From an uncultured Gammaproteobacteria bacterium (GTDB lineage Bacteria > Patescibacteriota > Microgenomatia > UBA10105 > UBA927): a stretch of 64,000 nt of DNA. The position numbers were made by a program, and so were the translations under genes. Location: the NCBI GenBank assembly GCA_964449585.1, contig CAYUZE010000001.1, positions 140,142-204,141 of the forward strand, given 5' to 3'. The notes below the pieces were generated by a model. That model searched no databases and was not told the DNA's origin. It saw only the letters and a list, made by a program, of their open reading frames with translations. Positions within the stretch are counted from its first letter, which is position 1. The number at the start of each line of letters is the position of its first letter. Shown piece by piece: positions 18,332 through 25,699 of this stretch.

Positions 18332-19723
18332 ATGCCCAAAAAAACATTAGCCAAATTTGTTTACGACAAGCTTCAAGAGGGTAAGTGGCCGGGAGTCACT
18401 CTTGATGAAAAAAAACAATCCGTTCGTATTCCAAGTGGAGATATACTCATTTCAAAAAAGGGCAAATACCATTTTTATTTCTATTATTTTTCAATAGACA
18501 CGCGTCAATTTAATTTAAGAAGTGGGTACAGTGAGCTGATTTTTCCAAAGAACTTGGATATAAGAAAAGTTCTTTATTTTAAGACAAACGGGAATTACAA
18601 GATTAATAATGAGCGCCAGTTTAAGAAAGTAGTTAATCCCCTTGGTAAACATGTAAATAATATCAAACTCTCTACCACCTCAACAAATTTAAAATTCTAT
18701 AAAGATTCCCTGATTCTTCCGATCCGCGTGTTTAAGGATACGTTAAAAGACGCTGAATATATTAATACACGAAGTACTGCATACAGAAACTCCGCAGAGA
18801 ATTATTTGTCAAATATAAAATCCCACAAATACAGTAACAAGATTAAACGTAGAACAACATACATGGAGAAAGGCGAGTTTCGTTTTTTAGTAGACCGCTT
18901 ATATCTTAAATCAAAAGAAAACAAAAGTGATTATCTGAAATATCTCGACGAATATGACCTCAAAGGGATCGAGGAATTACTTAGTGAGTTATTAAGGCAT
19001 GACGTTCTCTCAAAGGATTTTTTGAGAGTACTTAATGATTTTTTTATTAAAGAGAAACTCAAAGATATTATTGCGTTAGGAAGAGAAATACTCGCACTAA
19101 AAACTACAAATCTTACTATCGCACCAGCACAACAAGTTATCACTAAACTTGGGTTGACGGAGGCGGGCCAGTTAGAGTCGCTTTGGCAAAAGTATTTTGA
19201 AAATTATCTCTTGTATTTGATATTTACTTATAAGAAAATTTTTCCAAAGGTGGTGCTGAAGAATATAGATGGAGATAAAAAATATCCTGACTTTATTGGA
19301 ATTAATCATTATAACGGCTTGGATGTTATAGAGATTAAAACCCATCTCAAAAACGCACTTATGTGGGATGGTAGTCATGAAAATTTTTATTTTTCTCCCG
19401 AAATGAGCAAGGCCATAGTTCAGACGACAAACTATATGGACGCAATTGTGCAGGTGAGATTTCAAAACGCAGATGATCAAACTAAAATTACCCAATCTAC
19501 CGACGAAGAAAATTTATATCACCCAAGAGGGATTATAGTGATTTCATCACAAGCAAAACTTACTACGAAAATGGGACAGGACGAAAAACTAAGAAGGGAT
19601 TTTACGAAATTAAGAAATAGTTTACACAACATTGAAATTATCACTTTTGATGAAATACTTAATATTGCAGATGAATATATAAAGAACATCGTGCCCGAGG
19701 AGGAAAATGAACGAACAAATTGA
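18332..19723 (+). CDS. Putative Shedu-like (DUF4263) PD-(D/E)XK nuclease, 463 aa, very AT-rich
   Basis: C-terminal PDFIGINHYNGLDVIEIKTH (D...E-x-K) then PRGIIVISS...NIEIITFDEIL; variable N-terminal domain; start 2 nt after the upstream stop. Confidence 0.45.
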   Translation: MPKKTLAKFVYDKLQEGKWPGVTLDEKKQSVRIPSGDILISKKGKYHFYFYYFSIDTRQFNLRSGYSELIFPKNLDIRKVLYFKTNGNYKINNERQFKKVVNPLGKHVNNIKLSTTSTNLKFYKDSLILPIRVFKDTLKDAEYINTRSTAYRNSAENYLSNIKSHKYSNKIKRRTTYMEKGEFRFLVDRLYLKSKENKSDYLKYLDEYDLKGIEELLSELLRHDVLSKDFLRVLNDFFIKEKLKDIIALGREILALKTTNLTIAPAQQVITKLGLTEAGQLESLWQKYFENYLLYLIFTYKKIFPKVVLKNIDGDKKYPDFIGINHYNGLDVIEIKTHLKNALMWDGSHENFYFSPEMSKAIVQTTNYMDAIVQVRFQNADDQTKITQSTDEENLYHPRGIIVISSQAKLTTKMGQDEKLRRDFTKLRNSLHNIEIITFDEILNIADEYIKNIVPEEENERTN

Positions 19724-20021
19724 TCAGCGAATTCGGAATATTCTTAGAGATCTTCATAAAGCCCACGAACGATCGATGCAGTTTAATGCCAAAGAATTGA
19801 AGCCAGGGGAACCAATCGTTCCGATGGACTTATATGATATGGCTTTAGCTTACGATGAAGAAGAGCGTCAACTTTTGTATTTGGAACTTGCTTACAGTGA
19901 AAAATATCCTCAACAATACTCAAAGGATCAAGTTGATGATATAAATAAACGAATAAACAAGTTGACTCATGATATCAGGGCTTGGCAGAATCGACAGATT
20001 CCGAGCGAATATAAAGAATAA
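19707..20021 (+). CDS. Hypothetical protein (104 aa)
   Basis: ORF overlapping the upstream gene end, coupled; no family recognised. Confidence 0.35.
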   Translation: MNEQIDQRIRNILRDLHKAHERSMQFNAKELKPGEPIVPMDLYDMALAYDEEERQLLYLELAYSEKYPQQYSKDQVDDINKRINKLTHDIRAWQNRQIPSEYKE

Positions 20022-20037
20022 ATTGGCATTTAGTCAT

Positions 20038-20451
20038 ATGGAATCATTCATTCTATTTTTTGTCATCTTAGCGCTTCACACTTATGTGTTTATGTTCCAA
20101 CGCGCGACGCTTACGATAGCGAGAGTTATAGAAATACTTCCTATTGCTCAGGTTCAGGCTATTTTAACTCCTAATTGGGTTGGTGCTATCGGCTGGATCA
20201 GTACGATTGGGTTGTATGCATCACTGGTATATATTTGGCTTCAGCATGGGTTGTTATGGGCGCTCGGTGCTTTTGTTGCTAGCCATCTTTTAACGGCAGT
20301 AATTCCTATTCCGTCGGTATATTTCTATAATCTTGTTCTTCGACATCTCACCAAAGAAATTAGTCGTGAAAAGGATAACGAAAAGAAAGAGATATTTGTG
20401 GAGCTTCAGGAAACCGTAAAGAAGATCAGTAAAAATTACAGGGTTACTTGA
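20038..20451 (+). CDS. Small integral membrane protein (3-4 TM helices)
   Basis: Hydrophobic helices FILFFVILALHTYVF, VGAIGWISTIGLYASLVYIWL, LLWALGAFVASHLLTAVIPI; start set at Met 20038 (track ORF starts at 19969). Confidence 0.4.
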   Translation: MESFILFFVILALHTYVFMFQRATLTIARVIEILPIAQVQAILTPNWVGAIGWISTIGLYASLVYIWLQHGLLWALGAFVASHLLTAVIPIPSVYFYNLVLRHLTKEISREKDNEKKEIFVELQETVKKISKNYRVT

Positions 20452-20489
20452 TTACTGATTTTTCCATTATTCTTCTGCGGTTACTCGAT

Positions 20490-20936
20490 ATGATTCTCAA
20501 CAAGACAGTGCTGATATTAGAAGACGATTTGCGAACGCTTTCCAAGATATTGGAGCGGTTAGCAGTTGTTGAAGAAGATCAGCCGTATGATTTTGCACTT
20601 ATCGTGCTTACAAGCCACCTTCAGGTGCAGGAGTATATAAACGATCACTCAAAAACCTCATTTGACATTATTCTTCTTGATCGGGATTGTAAGCTCGGTG
20701 GGTCATTCCATGTTCTTGATCTTGAGCGACTTGGCCCGGAAAAAGTGATTGCTATTTCTTCAGTACCTAAATGGAACGAAGAAGCGAAGAAGCGTGGTGT
20801 CACGCGAGTGGTACCAAAAGACTATCGCAACCTTGACGCATTTGCTTCAAAAGTTGCCGACGAAGTGTCAGCCATGCTTAAAGGATCCCAGGTAACAGAG
20901 GCGAGTATGCACCATATTTTTGATAAAGAGAATTAA
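20490..20936 (+). CDS. Stand-alone CheY-like receiver domain protein
   Basis: TVLILEDD acidic pocket, DIILLDRD phospho-acceptor region, AISSV...K; no output domain. Confidence 0.45.
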   Translation: MILNKTVLILEDDLRTLSKILERLAVVEEDQPYDFALIVLTSHLQVQEYINDHSKTSFDIILLDRDCKLGGSFHVLDLERLGPEKVIAISSVPKWNEEAKKRGVTRVVPKDYRNLDAFASKVADEVSAMLKGSQVTEASMHHIFDKEN

Positions 20937-21472
20937 GTAAGGAGAGGCGCGAGAGCCTCTCGTATCTTTGTTTCATTGTAAGTATTCGTCACAGGAAACG
21001 AGATGAAACGTATACCTGCTTTTGTAAGAACATTTTCGATCTTCTGATCTCTATTTCTTCGATTGAATTGCAGGTGTGACTTGCCATTCAGCTCTATCGC
21101 AAGAACGGGAGACATTGCTTGTTTATCAAATAACACAAAGTCTAAAGATAGATGATCAATATGTCGGTAGAGGTTGTCATGGTCTTTGACGTCATTTTTG
21201 ACATCGAGAATGGTTGCAAGTCGTGCCTGGGGGTAGATGTAATATTTGTCGCCATAGAGTTTTATAAGCACATCAAAGAGCTGTCGTTCATCAGCGCGCA
21301 TGATAGACGGCTTTTTAGTGAAAAATCCTCGGGCATCCGCAAGATCCAACAGTTCATCATGTATTTTGTGATATTTATCTTTGTAATAGATCGCTATCCA
21401 TGCAAACAGGACGATAAAGCCGATAAGGAGAGCGAGGGCAGTATTATTGAGCGTGGCAGTAAGTATTGGCAT
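20933..21472 (-). CDS. DUF2726 (NERD-like) domain protein with N-terminal membrane anchor
   Basis: HLSLDFVLFDKQAMSPVLAIELNGKSHLQFNRRNRDQKIENVLTKAGIRFISFP matches the DUF2726 core; N-terminal TM LALLIGFIVLFAWIAIYY. Confidence 0.55.
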   Translation of the reverse strand: MPILTATLNNTALALLIGFIVLFAWIAIYYKDKYHKIHDELLDLADARGFFTKKPSIMRADERQLFDVLIKLYGDKYYIYPQARLATILDVKNDVKDHDNLYRHIDHLSLDFVLFDKQAMSPVLAIELNGKSHLQFNRRNRDQKIENVLTKAGIRFISFPVTNTYNETKIREALAPLLT

Positions 21473-21496
21473 ACATTTACTATAGATCTTCCGAGA

Positions 21497-21502
21497 GTAT
21501 AA
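21497..21502 (+). promoter_or_regulatory. -10 TATAAT upstream of the 21517 gene
   Basis: AGAGTATAATCAAAGGGATTTTTATGG: hexamer, AAAGGGA SD-like sequence, ATG at 21517. Confidence 0.3.
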
Positions 21503-21516
21503 TCAAAGGGATTTTT

Positions 21517-22605
21517 ATGGATTACCTTCATCCAAAATCCTATTACGACGACCAGTATGATCTCCATACCATTGAGCAGTCTCTGGAATACTGGAGTGTC
21601 GGAAAGAAGATGCAGGAGAAACGGAGTGAATTCAAAGGGACGGACGAAGAATTTCAGCGGGAAACCCTGAAAGTCGTTAGCTACATGACCAACATTCTTA
21701 AGATTGAACGATTCCGTCATCGGACAGAGCAGATCGGGGAATGGATGGAAAGGGATAGGAAGATTCAGGAAGTGCTGGATATCGCAACACCGCCGGACGA
21801 TATCCGGTGTACGGCATGCTCTTCAGACACCAATATTACCTCCAGAGATCTCTTCGATGCTTACGACAAGCATCCGTACGTCCTATTTATGTTCGAGTGT
21901 ATAAAGTGTCATAAGCGACAGGCACTCTATGCAGACGGGCGACCATGGCACTACGAGCCATCCCGGTGTCCTAAGTGTAGTGAAGCGTTAGAAAGCACCG
22001 TGAAACACGGGAAGGATACCCTGACGACGATCTACACCTGTACGTCGTGTTCGTATTCCCGAAAGGATGTGGATGACTTTGCCAAATCCCGCAAGGAACG
22101 GGAAGCGAAGGAGAAACGGGATACAGAGTTACTGACCAAATACCGAAATGAGTTCTGTTACAGCGAGAAAGACGGGCAGGAAGCAGTACAGAGTATGGAT
22201 ACAATCGTTCGGGTTGTGGATGAGATCAAGGCCAAGGAGAAAAAGGAGGCAGATCCGGTGTATCAGCAGGCGATGAAGCTCAAAAAGATCAGTATCGTAG
22301 ATATGGAGAAGCTCATTGTGGATGCAGTAACCCCTCAGAAATATATCCGGTTTACCCTTGGGCAACCGATCATGGGACGATTTATTGAGGTTTCATTCAC
22401 CGTGCAGGAGGGGGATAGCAGTCGGCATGAGTACGACAGCCGGAATGAGCTCAGGAAACTTATCATTAAGGCGTTGGAAGGAACCAACTGGCGGCTCATG
22501 AGCGATGGAATAACCTTCCGGCTGGGCGTGTTAGCCGGACGCCTAAAGGGGTTAGAAAACCCCGACGATATAGCCGATTCACTTAAGCCCGAAACCGGCT
22601 CGTAA
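21517..22605 (+). CDS. Hypothetical multi-zinc-ribbon protein (four CxxC pairs)
   Basis: CTACSS...CIKCHK...CPKCSE...CTSCSY; the track ORF begins at 21466 and the start is set at Met 21517 using the promoter/RBS context. Confidence 0.45.
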   Translation: MDYLHPKSYYDDQYDLHTIEQSLEYWSVGKKMQEKRSEFKGTDEEFQRETLKVVSYMTNILKIERFRHRTEQIGEWMERDRKIQEVLDIATPPDDIRCTACSSDTNITSRDLFDAYDKHPYVLFMFECIKCHKRQALYADGRPWHYEPSRCPKCSEALESTVKHGKDTLTTIYTCTSCSYSRKDVDDFAKSRKEREAKEKRDTELLTKYRNEFCYSEKDGQEAVQSMDTIVRVVDEIKAKEKKEADPVYQQAMKLKKISIVDMEKLIVDAVTPQKYIRFTLGQPIMGRFIEVSFTVQEGDSSRHEYDSRNELRKLIIKALEGTNWRLMSDGITFRLGVLAGRLKGLENPDDIADSLKPETGS

Positions 22606-22607
22606 TC

Positions 22608-22766
22608 TTACTCATCTCGCCACACGTATTTGTATCCGATTGGCGCGATAGGCTTGATCGGCCGAATTGGTTTTATCGGCTTTATCGGTTTGATGGGTCG
22701 AATAGGCGGGATCGCTTTAATGGGTTTAATTTTGAATGGATTATCTTTCACTAAAGTCCACGACAT
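22608..22766 (-). CDS. Unannotated 52-aa proline-repeat peptide MSWTLVKDNPFKIKPIKAIPPIRPIKPIKPIKPIRPIKPIAPIGYKYVWRDE
   Basis: Hand translation of the minus strand; AAGGAGG (22771-22777) 4 nt before the ATG; stop TAA at 22608-22610; starts 13 nt after the HNH stop codon; (K/R)PI triplet repeated about 9 times. Confidence 0.45.
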   Translation of the reverse strand: MSWTLVKDNPFKIKPIKAIPPIRPIKPIKPIKPIRPIKPIAPIGYKYVWRDE

Positions 22767-22778
22767 ATTACCTCCTTA

Positions 22779-23060
22779 TTAAATTTTTGCAGTTACCGGA
22801 CAGACTAATGGTCCATCTTGTCTGGATGCGTTATTGTACCAGTGCAACGGTCGTAAGTTGGACAGCATATCAGAACCACCCGGAATGATATGGTCGATTT
22901 CCCAACCGTTGTTAAACTGTTCGGATCGGACACCATATTGATTCCTCGCGATGTATGCGCCACATACGTCCTTGCGTATCTGGTTTGGATCTTTCCCTGG
23001 GACAATTATGCCCTTTGCCCAAACTTGCTGGACGATCATGTCGTCGTATTGTTGTGCCAT
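22779..23060 (-). CDS. Small HNH endonuclease (93 aa)
   Basis: C..Y...WEIDHIIP...NLRPLHWYNN HNH motif; GGAGGTG ribosome-binding site before the ATG. Confidence 0.7.
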   Translation of the reverse strand: MAQQYDDMIVQQVWAKGIIVPGKDPNQIRKDVCGAYIARNQYGVRSEQFNNGWEIDHIIPGGSDMLSNLRPLHWYNNASRQDGPLVCPVTAKI

Positions 23061-23473
23061 GTGTAAGTCACCTCCTTTCGGTGGAAAAAAATTCTGACCC
23101 TAAGCGGAGAAGACCGAGGACGTGTAGTGGGATTACCTCTTGCCCGTTCTCGCTTACCCCGCCTTTGGCCGGTCGGAATAAGCATTTCTCTTCATTGAAA
23201 TACCTGAGTGGAGTGTAAGATTAGCAGACGATTCAGTCAACTGCTAATTTATATATCAAACACTATCAATTTTAAGATTCAGCCACAAAGGAAAGTAGAG
23301 ACACTCCCTTTCTGTGGTGTCTCATTTGTCTCATTTAGCCTCGGCTATGGGACACAATCTGGTACAATACCTTCTAGGAGTATAGAGGGACTATAGGGAC
23401 ATTAGGGTTCCAGACCCGTATGCTCCGCAAAATCAAAATGTTGTCCTGCCCGAAGCTGAGAGGGAACGGGATA

Positions 23474-23500
23474 ATAACCTAACTTTTTAGGTTATATAAT
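23474..23500 (+). promoter_or_regulatory. Perfect palindrome ATAACCTAA-cttt-TTAGGTTAT overlapping a -10 TATAAT upstream of the 23517 gene
   Basis: 9-bp inverted arms with a 4-bp spacer (23474-23495); TATAAT at 23495-23500; ATG at 23517. Confidence 0.4.
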
Positions 23501-23516
23501 AATTTATATGTAACAT

Positions 23517-24608
23517 ATGGTTAATGAACTCGGTAATGATGGAACAGATATATTAGGTATTCTTCATGGTGCTTCCAACTGGACGAGCAAACGAAAAGAC
23601 AAGACGCAGTCAAGCGAGTTAGCTCCCGATGTTTCCCCTCATGTGCTAAATGAGCTGCCCTCAATGTCTGAATTACTACCAATTCGAGTATCAACAAGGA
23701 GATACACTCCGAATTCAAGTTTGGAATGGAATGATATTGGTCATCCTGGTTTTAGAGTTTTCCAACGTGAGCATGCAGCCCACAATGAATATGAAGAAGA
23801 CTTAACAAAAGCTTATGCAAAGGGTATCAATCCTGAGTCTCCCGTAAATAGAAAGATAGCTTACACAAATTCATGGAAAGCGAATCCAAATAGAGTTGCA
23901 TTTTTAGTGTTTAGCCCTGCGACTGCGGCAGACAGCGCAGTTATGAATAAACTGCAAGAAGCATCTTCATCAAGACAGTTTTTGCATATGGAAACTAAAT
24001 CAATGCCTCTCGATCGTTTTCATGAATTAATGAATCAAGGATATCCAGTTCTGAGTGCTGTTAGGCCATCCGATGATGATTTACTTTTTATTGATACTCA
24101 ATATGAACCATTGACAGAGGGAGGCAAGGGTCGTTTGGCAAGATTGCCTCAGGGAATAAAAACAGGGGTAATGATGGAAGAAATTGATATGCGTAATGGA
24201 AAAGTATTATGGACACCAGACGTTTTACAGGATAAAGGACTAATTCGTGATATCGCCCGTGCCTATCATAAATTGCGGTTATTTAAACCTGAGGCACAAA
24301 TCTATTTTCCTCAGGGGTCAGACACGATTCCTCAGTTTGGAGATGATCAAAAAACTCTTATTGCTCAAGCTCTCATGCACATGTCAGGGAAGCATTTTAA
24401 TTGGCATTCTTATGGTCCTAAAGAAAATGGTCCAGGATTCGTTCGGCTGGGTTTTTCAAGAAACAAAAAAGAAATTGAAAAGCAGGATGCGTATATAACA
24501 CCCACCCTAGTTGACGACACTGTCGACCTTATTCGTCATTCGTTTGCTCATTCCTGGCTTGAGGCACACTCACAGTGGAATAAATTGAAAGAAAAATTAT
24601 TAGGCTGA
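23517..24608 (+). CDS. Hypothetical protein (363 aa)
   Basis: Long ORF; no recognisable motif. Confidence 0.5.
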   Translation: MVNELGNDGTDILGILHGASNWTSKRKDKTQSSELAPDVSPHVLNELPSMSELLPIRVSTRRYTPNSSLEWNDIGHPGFRVFQREHAAHNEYEEDLTKAYAKGINPESPVNRKIAYTNSWKANPNRVAFLVFSPATAADSAVMNKLQEASSSRQFLHMETKSMPLDRFHELMNQGYPVLSAVRPSDDDLLFIDTQYEPLTEGGKGRLARLPQGIKTGVMMEEIDMRNGKVLWTPDVLQDKGLIRDIARAYHKLRLFKPEAQIYFPQGSDTIPQFGDDQKTLIAQALMHMSGKHFNWHSYGPKENGPGFVRLGFSRNKKEIEKQDAYITPTLVDDTVDLIRHSFAHSWLEAHSQWNKLKEKLLG

Positions 24609-24687
24609 TATACAAATTGTGAACTCAGGATTGAAAATTACGGTCTTGAAATAGGTTATAACACGGTAAATTGTTCTCCGCATCAGC

Positions 24688-24891
24688 ATGAAGAAAACAA
24701 CATTTTTGTTACCGGTTGGACTGTTATTTGTCCTCATGTATCTTTGTGTTTTTCTTCTTGGCAAGACCAATAGTCCGTTCGTATGCAGAAATCCGTATGT
24801 CGCAAATAATCGGGGCATCTGCGAATTCGCGGGGTGCAACTGGGGTGCTGGAGATTTGACCGGGCCACCGTTTTGCGGGGCGTACAAATAG
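24688..24891 (+). CDS. Possible small secreted cysteine-rich peptide (67 aa)
   Basis: N-terminal signal-like MKKTTFLLPVGLLFVLMYLCVFLLG followed by 6 Cys in about 40 aa; no clear SD; an antisense ORF also occupies this stretch. Confidence 0.3.
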   Translation: MKKTTFLLPVGLLFVLMYLCVFLLGKTNSPFVCRNPYVANNRGICEFAGCNWGAGDLTGPPFCGAYK

Positions 24892-24931
24892 GTCTCAATC
24901 AGATCCTCCACTACCCTTTCAGCAAAGCATT

Positions 24932-25573
24932 ATGAATGATTTAGGAACGTTAAATGAAACAAGCGGAAGGATTTCTTCTGCCATCGCACGGGTGGAGAGC
25001 ATTGTAAAAAACGGTCTATTTCCCGCAAGCGTTTTGATGCAAAAAGGAATGGATCACGAAAGAAGCGCTGATCCTGAACCGATGAAGTATTTAGAGGGGG
25101 TGACATGGCGGCGCGAAAATCCCGATTTATTGTTATGGGATGATCTGTACAAAAATTCGGATATCAGCGTTATCAAGGTAATGATGGAACGACCGGGTCA
25201 GGGAGATTTGCCTCAAAAGGGATTCTATTTAGCTGATGAAGTACGGAAACGAGCAATTTCAAATATACTGGTGGCGGTGCCGATAGCAAAAGATTTCCAA
25301 CCAAGAAATTTTGTTCAATTTGATCATATTCCGCCGGAGAGAATCGAAAAAATCTATATGCCTAAACGAATTTTTCAGAGTATCGGTGGTCTGCTGCATC
25401 GGTTATCTGGTCCGCAGATTGAGCAGGTTCCCTATACTACTATAGATTTTCCGTTATTAAGTAGGGTTGATCGGTTAGAGGTGCCGGATTATTATCATGC
25501 GATACAAAAGGACTTTGGTAATCCTCGGCGTGACGTGTGGCTGACTGGTGTTCGCATGCCGCTCGGATTATAA
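24932..25573 (+). CDS. Hypothetical protein (213 aa)
   Basis: ORF only. Confidence 0.45.
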   Translation: MNDLGTLNETSGRISSAIARVESIVKNGLFPASVLMQKGMDHERSADPEPMKYLEGVTWRRENPDLLLWDDLYKNSDISVIKVMMERPGQGDLPQKGFYLADEVRKRAISNILVAVPIAKDFQPRNFVQFDHIPPERIEKIYMPKRIFQSIGGLLHRLSGPQIEQVPYTTIDFPLLSRVDRLEVPDYYHAIQKDFGNPRRDVWLTGVRMPLGL

Positions 25574-25699
25574 TTCGGTGATCTTATTTTTATGGATGAG
25601 AGTTGTTGAGAATGATAATCATCACAGGTCAATATCGTGCAAAATCCGATCCCATATACAACTACATCTGACGAGGGTAAGATTGTGCCCTGATCGCAT

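Noticed and set aside
22606-22760. Direct-repeat-like DNA (TTGATCGG / TTTATCGG / GATGGGTCG...) that looked like a possible CRISPR or tandem repeat
   Set aside because: Repeat units are 9 bp with no spacers. They are the codon-level repeats of the (KPI)n peptide ORF on the minus strand, not a CRISPR array. No CRISPR array was found anywhere in the window.
23100-23195. A GC-rich segment (GCGGAGAAGACCGAGGAC...CCCCGCC) that looked tRNA-like, possibly an att-site tRNA fragment
   Set aside because: It could not be folded into an acceptor/T-arm structure on either strand and has no GGTTCGA-type T-loop. It is left as part of the unexplained repeat-rich boundary region.
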